Source: Chloroflexota bacterium | GTDB lineage: Bacteria; Chloroflexota; Anaerolineae; Aggregatilineales; UBA3940 | NCBI GenBank assembly: GCA_010092775.1 | Contig: JAADYZ010000089.1 | Span: 1-48,171, forward strand | Reading direction: 5' to 3' | DNA: 48,171 bases | Shown here: piece by piece, positions 37,513-46,857 of the stretch | Position numbering within the stretch: position 1 is the stretch's first letter | How the letters are laid out: each line of letters opens with the position of its first letter | Translations under genes and position numbers: made by a program | The notes under the pieces: model-generated | Told to the model about the DNA's origin: nothing | The model's database searches: none | The model's input: only the letters and a program-made list of their open reading frames with translations

Positions 37513-37526
37513 TGTAAGCGCTTGCA
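37513..37526. promoter_or_regulatory. LacI/CcpA-type operator TGTAAGCGCTTGCA
   Basis: 14-bp near-palindrome matching TGNAANCGNTTNCA. It lies in the divergent region between lacI and the sugar ABC operon. Confidence 0.5.
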
Positions 37527-37832
37527 ATTATACATCACTTCTTGCATAATCTAGCTATTCTGATGGGAATTCATCAGAATTCACACCTTTCTTCACCGCA
37601 GTCGATTGTTGAGGCCTATAGCGAAAGCCAGAATGATTGCTGTGTTTGTTCACACCCCCACATTTCGTGACACCACTCAACTTATGGCGTTGATGTAGCC
37701 ATCTACCCAATCTGACTGCGCCGATCTGCGTTGTAGGCATGTACATCGCAAAGGAGGTTGTATAGCTACAGTCCTTCCCCTTTCCGGGATCCTAGTTCCG
37801 AACGATACCTATGCCATGGAGAAAGAAGAACA

Positions 37833-39176
37833 ATGATTAGCAAGAAAAACCTATCTATTCTAGGTGTGCTCTTGGCGGCTTCCTTGGTGCTCGCCGCATG
37901 CGCCGCGCCAGCCGCTGACGACTCGGCAGACGACTCAGCCGGTGGCGATGATGGCGGCGACGATGCAGCCGCTGGCGAAGACCTAACTGTGACGGTCTTT
38001 GGTGCATTTGTAGACGTCGATGCTGAGCGCTTCGAGGCGACTGTCTTGCCCTTTGAAGAAGAAACCGGTATTGACATTGTTTACGAAGGCTCGGGTGACT
38101 TTGAGTCCCTGATTACCGTTCGCGTCGAGGGTGGCGACCCGCCAGACCTGGCCGCTTTCCCACAACCTGGCCTGTTGGCTGACTTTGTCTCCCAGGGTGA
38201 GATTGTTGACGTCACCAGCTTCCTGGAGCGTTCTTACCTTGAAGAGCAGTACATTGAGTCCTGGCTCGATCTCGCGACGATGGATGGCATTATGGCTGGT
38301 GTCTGGCATCGTGCTAACGTCAAGAGTTTGGTCTGGTACCCAGTTGCAGAGTGGAATGCCGCCGGTTATGAATTCCCAGAAACCTGGGAGGAAATGATCG
38401 CATTGAGTGACCAGATGGTTGCTGATGGCCGCACCCCCTGGTGCATCGGCATGGAAAGCTCTGGCGCGACGGGTTGGGTGGCCACCGACTGGATGGAAGA
38501 TGCCATGCTGCGTCTCCATGAGCCCTCCGTTTACGATCAATGGGTGACCAATGAACTCCCCTTTGACTCACCGGAAGTGGTTGAAGCTGCCGAACTGGTC
38601 GGCGAAATCTTCTTTAATGAAGACTATGTTCTGGGTGGTACAGATGCTATCTTGACTGTTCCCTTTGGTGATGCTCCTGCTCCCCTCTTTGAAGAACCGC
38701 CTGGTTGCATGATGCATCGTCAGGCGAGCTTTATCCCTGGCTTCTTCCCAGAGGGCTCCACCATTGGCGAAGATGGTGACGTTGACTTCTTCTATCTGCC
38801 GCCGCTGGCGGATCGCCCTGAATTGGGTAGCCCAGTGCTGGGTGCTGGCGACATCTATGGCATGTTCAATGACCGTCCTGAGGTGCGCCAGTTTGTGGAA
38901 TACCTGACCACAGGCCGCTCGACTCGCGCTTGGGTGGAGGCCGGTGGCTTCGTTAGCCCGCACAACGACTCAAGCCTGGATTGGTATCCGACTTCGGCAG
39001 ACCGTGGCTACGCCGAGATTTTGCAGAACGCGACCACCTTCCGCTTCGATGCGTCTGACTTGATGCCGGGTGCTGTCGGCACAGGCACTTTCTGGACTGC
39101 GATGGTGGACTGGGTCAGTGGTGAGGACATCGAGTCAGTATTGTCTGATGTTCAAGCGAACTGGCCAGAAGAATAG
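37833..39176 (+). CDS. Carbohydrate ABC transporter substrate-binding lipoprotein (CUT1 family)
   Basis: Start at MISKKNLSILGVLLAASLVLAAC (lipobox) after GGAGAAAGAAG, then an acidic Asp/Gly linker. The upstream extension to 37758 is rejected. Confidence 0.85.
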   Translation: MISKKNLSILGVLLAASLVLAACAAPAADDSADDSAGGDDGGDDAAAGEDLTVTVFGAFVDVDAERFEATVLPFEEETGIDIVYEGSGDFESLITVRVEGGDPPDLAAFPQPGLLADFVSQGEIVDVTSFLERSYLEEQYIESWLDLATMDGIMAGVWHRANVKSLVWYPVAEWNAAGYEFPETWEEMIALSDQMVADGRTPWCIGMESSGATGWVATDWMEDAMLRLHEPSVYDQWVTNELPFDSPEVVEAAELVGEIFFNEDYVLGGTDAILTVPFGDAPAPLFEEPPGCMMHRQASFIPGFFPEGSTIGEDGDVDFFYLPPLADRPELGSPVLGAGDIYGMFNDRPEVRQFVEYLTTGRSTRAWVEAGGFVSPHNDSSLDWYPTSADRGYAEILQNATTFRFDASDLMPGAVGTGTFWTAMVDWVSGEDIESVLSDVQANWPEE

Positions 39177-39192
39177 GATTTAGATGTCTTTG

Positions 39193-39229
39193 GGATGGGC
39201 AGGCGGCAGGCCGCCTGCCCATCCTTTCT
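39193..39229 (+). terminator. Strong intercistronic hairpin with a short T-run (partial terminator or mRNA stabiliser)
   Basis: GGATGGGCAGGCGG-cagg-CCGCCTGCCCATCC (14-bp perfect stem) followed by TTTCT. Confidence 0.6.
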
Positions 39230-39259
39230 AAGATCGTTAGGGTTTAAAGGAGTCTTATC

Positions 39260-40426
39260 ATGCAGAGAGCCGAACAACGCAGCGATGTTGTAACCGGGCA
39301 AGTCGACATCGCGCGTCTTGCTATTTCGATTGTGGGGGTGGTTGGGCTCATCCTGGTGCTGTGGTGGAGTTTCAACTTCATGAGCAGCGAGGAAGTTCCT
39401 CGGCTGGCCATTGCCGCCGTTGCCTTGGCGGTCGGTGTCTTTGGCATCTGGGCGCTTTTCTTCTTCTCGGATAACCTGGTCACCCAATTGCCGATCCGCA
39501 TTGCCAGTGCGATCCGTCCCTTCGTTTTCGTTGGGCCAGCTATCGCGGTCCTAACCGCTTTTCTGGTGTATCCCACGATAAACACGCTCTACTTGAGTCT
39601 CTTCAACCGAGACTCAAGCCGTTTCGTTGGCTTAGAAAACTACGTTACAGCCTTCACCGATGGCGATTTCCTGCTCATCTTCCGCAACAACATCATTTGG
39701 TTGATCTTTGTCACCGCATTTGCGGTAGGGTTTGGACTATTGGTGGCTGTTCTGGCTGACCGGGTTAAGGGGGAGCCAGTCGTTAAGTCGTTCATCTTCA
39801 TGCCAATGGCAATCTCCTTCGTGGGTGCGAGTGTGATCTGGCGCTTCGTTTATGCGTTCAAACCTGAGGGGACCGAGCAGATTGGCCTGTTGAACGCGAT
39901 CTGGACCGGATTGGGTGGCGAGCCGGTCGCCTGGATCACGAAGCGATCGATCGATATACCCGGAGTCACCGCCTTTTTCGACAATCTTTTAGGCGTCACC
40001 GTTGGGATTCCGCTCAACACCTTGATGCTGATCATTATTATGATCTGGCTGCAAACCGGCTTTGCGATGGTCATTATCTCAGCGGCTATCAAGGGCGTCC
40101 CCAGCGAACTACTCGAAGCGGCTCGTATTGACGGCGCAACCGAAATCCAAGCCTTCTTCAGGGTGACGATACCCTTCATCAGCACGACCATTCTGACAGT
40201 GGCTACTACAATCCTGATCTTGGTACTCAAGGTCTTTGACATTGTCTTCGTGATGACCAGCGGTCAGTTCGCCACCCAGGTGATCGCTAATGAGATGTAC
40301 ATGCAGATGTTCAGGTGGCGCGACTTTGGCATGGGCAGCGCCCTCGCGGTGATTCTGTTTCTGGCGGTGATCCCCGTCATCATCAACAATATTCGTAGAT
40401 GGCAAGAGGAGCGATACGCACGATGA
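39260..40426 (+). CDS. Carbohydrate ABC transporter permease (MalF-like)
   Basis: RBS AAAGGAG. Multiple TM helices. EAA loop ELLEAARIDGATEIQAFFRVTIP. Confidence 0.85.
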   Translation: MQRAEQRSDVVTGQVDIARLAISIVGVVGLILVLWWSFNFMSSEEVPRLAIAAVALAVGVFGIWALFFFSDNLVTQLPIRIASAIRPFVFVGPAIAVLTAFLVYPTINTLYLSLFNRDSSRFVGLENYVTAFTDGDFLLIFRNNIIWLIFVTAFAVGFGLLVAVLADRVKGEPVVKSFIFMPMAISFVGASVIWRFVYAFKPEGTEQIGLLNAIWTGLGGEPVAWITKRSIDIPGVTAFFDNLLGVTVGIPLNTLMLIIIMIWLQTGFAMVIISAAIKGVPSELLEAARIDGATEIQAFFRVTIPFISTTILTVATTILILVLKVFDIVFVMTSGQFATQVIANEMYMQMFRWRDFGMGSALAVILFLAVIPVIINNIRRWQEERYAR

Positions 40427-41334
40427 GCACGTTAAACCCAAGCCAACGTACCGTTGCGGAGTCTGAGGGGACTGCCGCCGCCAACTTCCGCCGTTTCTTG
40501 CGTCGCACGCCGGTACAGATCACGCTGATCTTTTTGGTGTTCATCTGGACACTCCCCACCTTTGGGCTGTTTGTGAGTTCCTTCCGCTCCGCTGATGCAA
40601 TCCAAACCAGCGGGTGGTGGACGGTCTTTGCCAATCCATTCGACTTCACGCAATGGTCGCTGCAGAACTATGTTGATGTGATTACCGCCGATGCGATGGG
40701 AACAGCATTTCTCAACAGCTTGCTCGTCACCATCCCTGCCACGGTGATTCCCATCACCATTGCAGCCTTCGCAGCCTACGCTTTTGCCTGGATGAAATTC
40801 CCCGGACGTGACCTGATGTTCGGTATTGTGGTCGGTCTTCTGGTGGTTCCTCTGCAAATGGCGTTTATTCCGATGTTACGTGTTTATCGTGAAATCGGAT
40901 TGAATGGCACCTTCCTGGGCGTTTGGTTGGCGCATACAGGCTTTGGACTACCTCTGGCCGTCTTCCTGCTGCACAACTATATTGCATCGCTGCCACGTGA
41001 GATTATTGAGTCTGCGTCAATTGACGGTGCATCACACTTCACGACCTTCACGCGACTCATCCTGCCTTTAAGTGTCCCGGCGATTGCAGCTTTCACCATC
41101 TTCCAATTCTTATGGGTATGGAACGATTTGCTTGTCGCTTTGGTGTTCCTGGGTACAGGGCCCGATGTTACCATCGTGACCTCGCGCCTCTCTGAAATGG
41201 TGGGCTCGCGTGGACAAGACTGGCACGTGCTGACGGCTGGTGCGTTTGTCACGATGATCTTGCCATTGGTCGTCTTCTTCGGTCTGCAACGCTACTTCGT
41301 GCGCGGTCTGATGGCCGGATCGGTGAAGGGTTAA
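40423..41334 (+). CDS. Carbohydrate ABC transporter permease (MalG-like)
   Basis: ATGA overlap with the upstream permease gene. EAA loop EIIESASIDGASHFTTFTRLILP. Confidence 0.85.
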   Translation: MSTLNPSQRTVAESEGTAAANFRRFLRRTPVQITLIFLVFIWTLPTFGLFVSSFRSADAIQTSGWWTVFANPFDFTQWSLQNYVDVITADAMGTAFLNSLLVTIPATVIPITIAAFAAYAFAWMKFPGRDLMFGIVVGLLVVPLQMAFIPMLRVYREIGLNGTFLGVWLAHTGFGLPLAVFLLHNYIASLPREIIESASIDGASHFTTFTRLILPLSVPAIAAFTIFQFLWVWNDLLVALVFLGTGPDVTIVTSRLSEMVGSRGQDWHVLTAGAFVTMILPLVVFFGLQRYFVRGLMAGSVKG

Positions 41335-41417
41335 ATCAGCAGGTGCATATAGCAAACGCTCTCTGCATGGATCGGGGATGATCCGGAAGGATCAAGCCTC
41401 GAGATTGGCACCTCAAG

Positions 41418-41448
41418 CAGCCCATGAAGAATATTCGTGGGCTGTTTT
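41418..41448 (+). terminator. Terminator of the sugar ABC operon
   Basis: CAGCCCA-13 nt-TGGGCTG followed by TTTT. It contains the ATG at 41424, which argues against that start for the next gene. Confidence 0.6.
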
Positions 41449-41476
41449 GTGTCAGACGGGGACAGGACGCTACAAT
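41447..41476 (+). promoter_or_regulatory. Candidate promoter placed for a leaderless or near-leaderless transcript
   Basis: TTGTGT (41447-41452), an 18-nt spacer, then TACAAT (41471-41476). The ATG at 41484 starts 7 nt after the -10 box. Confidence 0.35.
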
Positions 41477-41483
41477 CCGCGGC

Positions 41484-43775
41484 ATGCAGTCACCAACCTT
41501 CTCCCACTATCGAAGTGTGATCCTACTGCTGGCCCCTGCATTGCTGGCCCTGGCGATTGGGCTGCTGCTGCGCGACTTTCGACTGGATGACAGTTTTATC
41601 ACCTATCGTTACGCTCGGAACCTGGCCGAAGGCGCTGGCTTCGTCTACAACAGCGGCGAATGGGTGCTGAGCACGACCAACCCACTCTACACGCTGTTGT
41701 TAGCTGGGTTAGCTCATCTGCTGCCTTTCGGTCCCCCGCTGATCGGACGCGTCGTGGGAAGCCTGGCCATCGGCCTGGGGGGCGGTCTGCTGGCACTGCT
41801 CATGCGCCCAACCTATGGCTGGGGAGCAGCCCTCTGTGGCGGCCTACTGTACGCGTCATTCCCGCTGCTATGGCTGACCATGGGCTTGGAAACACCGTTG
41901 CAGCTTGCCCTGGGGATCGCGGCAGTAGTAGTCTACCTTGATGAGAAGCCTTTGCTAGCCGCCCTCCTGATCGGGCTGGCCACTCTCACGCGGCCCGACA
42001 TGCTGATCTTGGTTGGCGTGCTCGGCCTACATAGCCTGCTTCTGCAACGGCGAGTGCCGCTGGTCGAAGGAGCTGTATTTGCGGTGAGTTTGCTGCCCTG
42101 GCTCGCCTTCTCCTGGCTGGTCTTTGATAGCCCGCTGCCGGCAACCCTGGGTGCAAAGTCGGCACAAGCGGCGCTTGGCATCACCGGACTGGGAGTCGGC
42201 ACCAACTTCCTGACCGGATTGGGCATGCTCAGCCAGGCGCTCGTGATCCAGTCGCCGGGCTGGCTGCTGACCGCCTTGATCGCTGGCGGTGGCCTGTTGA
42301 CACTGATGCGCCGTCCGCTGGCTCATCCAGCAGCGCTGATCTTCTTGAGTTGGGGACTGCTCCATATTCTAGCTTACCTGGTGTTGGGGGTCGCACCCTA
42401 TCGATGGTATTACACGCCGCTCCTGCCCGCCTTGGCTGCCTTGTTCGCGTTGGGGGTGAACGCTATGGCGGCGACCAAACGGCCCGCCTATCTGGCAGGC
42501 TCGCTGGCACTGCTCAGCCTGACACTCGCAGCGACTGGTTCCCTTCTCGCAATTAGTGAGGGGATGCGGCAGGGTGAGCCAACTTACCAGGTGGCCGAAG
42601 CCCCTATGTTGGCCGTGATCGACTGGCAGATTTACCGCGAGGCGGGCGAGTGGCTGAAGGAAAACACCGCGCCCAGCGCTGTGATCGGTGTAGCAGAAGT
42701 CGGCCAGATTGGCTACTATGCTGAGCGGCCAATGGTGGATTACCTAGGACTGTTGCAGCCAGCCGTGACAGAGGCCATCAGCCGAGGTGATATCTACTGG
42801 TGGCTGCCCCATTACATGCCCGACTACCTCGTCCTGAGCCAAGTGTCCGGCTCCGCTTCCCTTTTTGGTCATACATTGGCGGGTGATAGTTGGTTCGAAG
42901 CATTCTATGATGAGCGGCATCGTGTGGTGGATGATCGCTACTTGCGCAGCCCTCTGGTCATTTACCAACGTCAGCGCGACGCCCTGCCGATGATGCCACT
43001 GGTTGCCCCACCGGTCAGCTATGGGGATCGACTGCTGCTTACTGGCTTGCTGGCGGACGTGGAAGGGCAAACACTCGTAGCGGGCCAGCCTCTGCGTCTG
43101 CAAAGCGCCTGGCAGCTCAGTCAGCCCATGACTGCCGATCAGCGGATAAGCTTGCGCCTGCTCAGTTGGGACGGCTCACTGGCCGGGCAGAACGACAGGC
43201 ACTACCGCGCCGATCTCTGGCCAACTGACGAAGGCTTTACAATCTACCACACTATGCTGCTCAGAGAAGACCTGACACCTGGCCTATATACGGCCGAGAT
43301 TGCTGTGGAAGATGAGACAAGTGGCGGGTTGGTTTGGCAAGTAGCGGCTCGGCTGAAGGTTCCTCTCCCTGCTCCAGTATTGACCGATCTGATCGAGAGC
43401 GACGCCAGGCTAGCGGAGTATAAGCTGCTGGGCTACGCTGTTGAGCAGCAGGACGAAAACCTGGCGGTTGCGTTGGCGTGGCAGGCTGAAAGGGCACCTT
43501 CTGCCGACGTTACCTTGTTTATTCATCTACTGGATGACTCAGGCGAGCTAGTGGCCCAGTTTGATGGTCCGCCGGGCGGTGTGGCCTACCCCAGCAGCTT
43601 ATGGGCGGACGGCGAGGCAGTGCGCGGTGACTTCAGCTTGTCGCTGGCCAGTCTGCCACCTGGTAGGTACCAGTTGATGGCTGGACTCTACACGTTGGAA
43701 GGTGGTCGCCTGACCTCACTCGCCGGGCTGGACACCATCTCCCTTGCGGAGATCACGCTGACCTTGCCCGAATGA
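41484..43775 (+). CDS. GT-C-fold membrane glycosyltransferase (ArnT/PMT/arabinofuranosyltransferase-like) with a large C-terminal extracytoplasmic domain
   Basis: DDSFITYRYARNLAEGAGFVYN first-loop motif, about 12 hydrophobic helices, and a ~300-aa soluble C-terminus. Confidence 0.7.
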   Translation: MQSPTFSHYRSVILLLAPALLALAIGLLLRDFRLDDSFITYRYARNLAEGAGFVYNSGEWVLSTTNPLYTLLLAGLAHLLPFGPPLIGRVVGSLAIGLGGGLLALLMRPTYGWGAALCGGLLYASFPLLWLTMGLETPLQLALGIAAVVVYLDEKPLLAALLIGLATLTRPDMLILVGVLGLHSLLLQRRVPLVEGAVFAVSLLPWLAFSWLVFDSPLPATLGAKSAQAALGITGLGVGTNFLTGLGMLSQALVIQSPGWLLTALIAGGGLLTLMRRPLAHPAALIFLSWGLLHILAYLVLGVAPYRWYYTPLLPALAALFALGVNAMAATKRPAYLAGSLALLSLTLAATGSLLAISEGMRQGEPTYQVAEAPMLAVIDWQIYREAGEWLKENTAPSAVIGVAEVGQIGYYAERPMVDYLGLLQPAVTEAISRGDIYWWLPHYMPDYLVLSQVSGSASLFGHTLAGDSWFEAFYDERHRVVDDRYLRSPLVIYQRQRDALPMMPLVAPPVSYGDRLLLTGLLADVEGQTLVAGQPLRLQSAWQLSQPMTADQRISLRLLSWDGSLAGQNDRHYRADLWPTDEGFTIYHTMLLREDLTPGLYTAEIAVEDETSGGLVWQVAARLKVPLPAPVLTDLIESDARLAEYKLLGYAVEQQDENLAVALAWQAERAPSADVTLFIHLLDDSGELVAQFDGPPGGVAYPSSLWADGEAVRGDFSLSLASLPPGRYQLMAGLYTLEGGRLTSLAGLDTISLAEITLTLPE

Positions 43776-43938
43776 GGAGCTTACTCTTGAGTATGGGTCT
43801 TGGGGGCACGTCATAATGCAATCCGCGTGGAAGTCCAATTGACATCTATTCTAGTGATAGGCTAACCTAAGAATAGGTACAGTAGATCCAACGATTCTTA
43901 TATGCCAAGCTATGATGTAGGCGCTGAGGGGCAAACTC

Positions 43939-45387
43939 ATGCGACGATCATTCCAACCCACTTCCGCCGTAGTGGTTCTCTTTCTAGTGACATTGGGCTG
44001 CGCAACGATGGTGCCGGGCGCCACTTCTCCTGCAACCCCTGTGCCCTTGCCTACTTACACAGCCTATCCCACTTGGACGCCGCCCGCTCCGCAAGCAACA
44101 GAGGCCCCAACCGAAGAGGCCAGTGATGAGGTGGCCGAAGCCCCAACCGCAACGCCCATTCCCCCTGAGCCCACGCCAATCAATCTTGAGCCTGTCGAAT
44201 TGGAGTGGCATGATCCGCGCGAGGTGGAAGTGCTGGCACTGGTGAATGAATGGCGCCTATCCGTGGGTGCTTGGCCAGTGCACCTCAACAACACCTTGGC
44301 GGAGTTGGCACAGGTGCAAGCAGATTTTCTAGCGTCGCAGTCCGATATTCCAGACGACGTGCATATTGGCGCTGATGGCTCTCAACCATTTGATCGCTTG
44401 CGCGCTGCTGGCTGGCCAACCTATCTGAACACCGATCAGGTTGAAGGCGGAGAGGTCGTCTATATTGGTGCTTCGCCTTCCTCTGCGACCAACTGGTGGT
44501 TCAACTCACCGATTCATCGGCAAACAATTGAAAACACCGCCTTCCGAGAGGTTGGGATCGGCATTCAGGATCACACTTGGGGGTCGATTTTCGTGATCTT
44601 GTTCGGCTCCCAGCCAGACCGGCTAACCGCGCTTTATGATCCGCATTCTCACCATGTGTACGTCTCCTCGGAGAACTCAAAGTATGCGGCTGGCGGCGAT
44701 TGGATCATTACGCCCACTCATTTACAGATTGTAGGGACCCTCGATGCTCCTACAGATGACACACATTGGCAGGCCTACCATGAGACGATTGACCCGCCGA
44801 ACGATCTAGAGTACTTCACAATTGTGCTCACGGACGGCGTGCATGAAACGCGTGTCGAAGTGAACATCACCTTAGATGTCGCCTGGCTGCCAGAGACCTA
44901 TCCAAAGGATGGCATCATCAAAGGCATCCCAACGGAACTGCTCCGCGAAGCTTCGGCGGATCACCATGAGATCGTGTTGGATCAACGTGAAGATGGGCAT
45001 TTAGATCATTTCAATGCCAGCGTCCTTCATCATGATCGGCGTTTGGTGCTGGCCAACACCTCTGATCAGCCGGTTGACTTCTCTGGTATCTCATTGTTGG
45101 GCGCAAATGGTTATGAGCTGCGTATTGAGAGCTGGGCTGTCTTCATGGACTTCGGGACGGTTCTTGCAGCAATCCCAGCGAAGCACTGCTTCGTTGCGTT
45201 TGCCAATGATGACACCTATCCCGGAACACCCGATGAGTGCGAAGTGGTCGTGTCGGTGGTATCGGTGCCGCCCGATGTTGTCTTCTGGAACGACGAAGAC
45301 TTCGAGGTCCTCCAAAACGGCAGCCCACTGATCACCTGCCAGACGGGGGCCGGGCGCTGTGCCTTCGAGGTTGCTTTCTCCGATTAA
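43939..45387 (+). CDS. CAP/SCP (PR-1-like) domain lipoprotein with a C-terminal lamin-tail-like region
   Basis: Lipobox LVTLGC and a Pro/Thr linker. CAP motifs: VNEWRLSVG...LAELAQVQADFL and NWWFNSPIHRQTIENTAFREVGIG. C-terminal LVLANTSDQPVDFSGISLLGANG resembles LTD domains (weak). Confidence 0.7.
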   Translation: MRRSFQPTSAVVVLFLVTLGCATMVPGATSPATPVPLPTYTAYPTWTPPAPQATEAPTEEASDEVAEAPTATPIPPEPTPINLEPVELEWHDPREVEVLALVNEWRLSVGAWPVHLNNTLAELAQVQADFLASQSDIPDDVHIGADGSQPFDRLRAAGWPTYLNTDQVEGGEVVYIGASPSSATNWWFNSPIHRQTIENTAFREVGIGIQDHTWGSIFVILFGSQPDRLTALYDPHSHHVYVSSENSKYAAGGDWIITPTHLQIVGTLDAPTDDTHWQAYHETIDPPNDLEYFTIVLTDGVHETRVEVNITLDVAWLPETYPKDGIIKGIPTELLREASADHHEIVLDQREDGHLDHFNASVLHHDRRLVLANTSDQPVDFSGISLLGANGYELRIESWAVFMDFGTVLAAIPAKHCFVAFANDDTYPGTPDECEVVVSVVSVPPDVVFWNDEDFEVLQNGSPLITCQTGAGRCAFEVAFSD

Positions 45388-45510
45388 GTGGGTAGACAAA
45401 GCATAATAGACATCCTTTGGTGAGGGTCACCCCCCTTACCTGTTTGTTTCTGGTTAGCTTCGGCGTGATAATGGTCGGACTACGATTGTTCCAATGAGGA
45501 GACGTGATCA

Positions 45511-46857
45511 ATGGACGACCAGCCCAATGTCATTCTGATTATTGCCGACCAATGGTCCACTCGAATCGCTGATGGATCGGGGCAATACGATGGCGTCATT
45601 CAGACGCCAGGCATCGATCGGTTGGCACGTGAGGGAATACGCTTCACCCAGAGCTACAGTGCATTCCCTTTGTGCGGACCAGCCCGTGCTACGATCTTCA
45701 CCGGCTTGATGCCCCATCATAATATGATGCTCAATAACGAAGAAGTCTACATGGAGCGTTTGGGGCAGGTCCCGACCCTGGACAATTTGCCGACTTTGGG
45801 GAGCGAGTTGAAGCGTGCTGGCTACATCACAGCATACTTCGGTAAGGAGCATGCTGGCGGCTATGGCTGGAATGCAATTGACCAATTTGGCAGCATGGCC
45901 TACTCGGCTGGTGGCATGTTGGCTGAGGGCTCCGTGTTTGATCAAGTCTTCACTCGCGACGCGATTGCGTTCATCAAGCAGCCGCACGATGCACCCTTCT
46001 ACATGACGCTTTCTCTGATCAATCCGCACGATATTTGCAAGGTTCTAGGTGGTAAAGTGCAGGGAGCCACCATCGCTGACGCGATATTCTTCTGCCGTAC
46101 CGATGATGAACTCTATTTGCGTTTCAAGCAGCGTCCTGATTTCCCCAGTAACCATCATGCGCCAGCGATTCCGGGAATGCAGCGTGACGGCGAATATATG
46201 TATGAAGAGCTTCATGACTGGGATGAGAATCAGTGGAAGCGCTATCTGGCGGCCTACTACCTCTTGCTCGAAAAGACCGATTGGTTTGTCGAACTCTTGT
46301 TGGATGCACTGCGCGACGCTGGGCTGGAGGAGAATACAATCGTTATCTTTACCACCGATCATGGTGAGATGATGGGCAGCCACCATCTGATCTCCAAAAC
46401 GATCTTCTATGAGGAATCCGCAAAAACGATGATGCTTGTCAAGCAGCCCGGAAAGATCACACCGGGTGCGGTGGATCAATCGAGTCTGATTGGGACACAA
46501 GACGTGATGCCGACCATCCTCGATTTATGCGGGGTGGGTCTTCCTACTGGCCTCGACGGGCGCAGCTTCAAGGCGCGCTGCTACGGTCAGCCGGATGGCG
46601 ACTTTTCAGCCCTCTACGCAAGCAATTTTGATGGACGGATGCTGCGGCAAGGGCCGTACAAATTCGTCAAGAGCCAGATTGAAGGGCAGGACTTCCAGAT
46701 TTTGTTCGATTTGGCGAACGACCCGGATGAGACGCGCAACGTCTTTGGCCAGGCTGGCTACGAACAGATTTCAGCCGACCTGCATCAGCAGATGATGGCT
46801 TGGATTGAGCAAGAGGGGATTGGTCTCACCTTCGATGACCTGTCTGGGAAGGGTTAA
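45511..46857 (+). CDS. Sulfatase (formylglycine-dependent arylsulfatase family)
   Basis: NVILIIADQW, then FPLCGPARATIFTG (C-x-P-x-R formylglycine motif), then VIFTTDHGEMMG. Confidence 0.85.
   Translation: MDDQPNVILIIADQWSTRIADGSGQYDGVIQTPGIDRLAREGIRFTQSYSAFPLCGPARATIFTGLMPHHNMMLNNEEVYMERLGQVPTLDNLPTLGSELKRAGYITAYFGKEHAGGYGWNAIDQFGSMAYSAGGMLAEGSVFDQVFTRDAIAFIKQPHDAPFYMTLSLINPHDICKVLGGKVQGATIADAIFFCRTDDELYLRFKQRPDFPSNHHAPAIPGMQRDGEYMYEELHDWDENQWKRYLAAYYLLLEKTDWFVELLLDALRDAGLEENTIVIFTTDHGEMMGSHHLISKTIFYEESAKTMMLVKQPGKITPGAVDQSSLIGTQDVMPTILDLCGVGLPTGLDGRSFKARCYGQPDGDFSALYASNFDGRMLRQGPYKFVKSQIEGQDFQILFDLANDPDETRNVFGQAGYEQISADLHQQMMAWIEQEGIGLTFDDLSGKG

Noticed and set aside
37758-37832. Upstream extension of the sugar-binding-protein ORF.
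   Set aside because: The extension has no signal-peptide character. The ATG at 37833 gives a textbook lipoprotein signal peptide after a purine-rich RBS.
41424-41483. ATG at 41424 as the start of the GT-C glycosyltransferase.
   Set aside because: That codon lies inside the terminator hairpin of the upstream operon and upstream of the candidate promoter.
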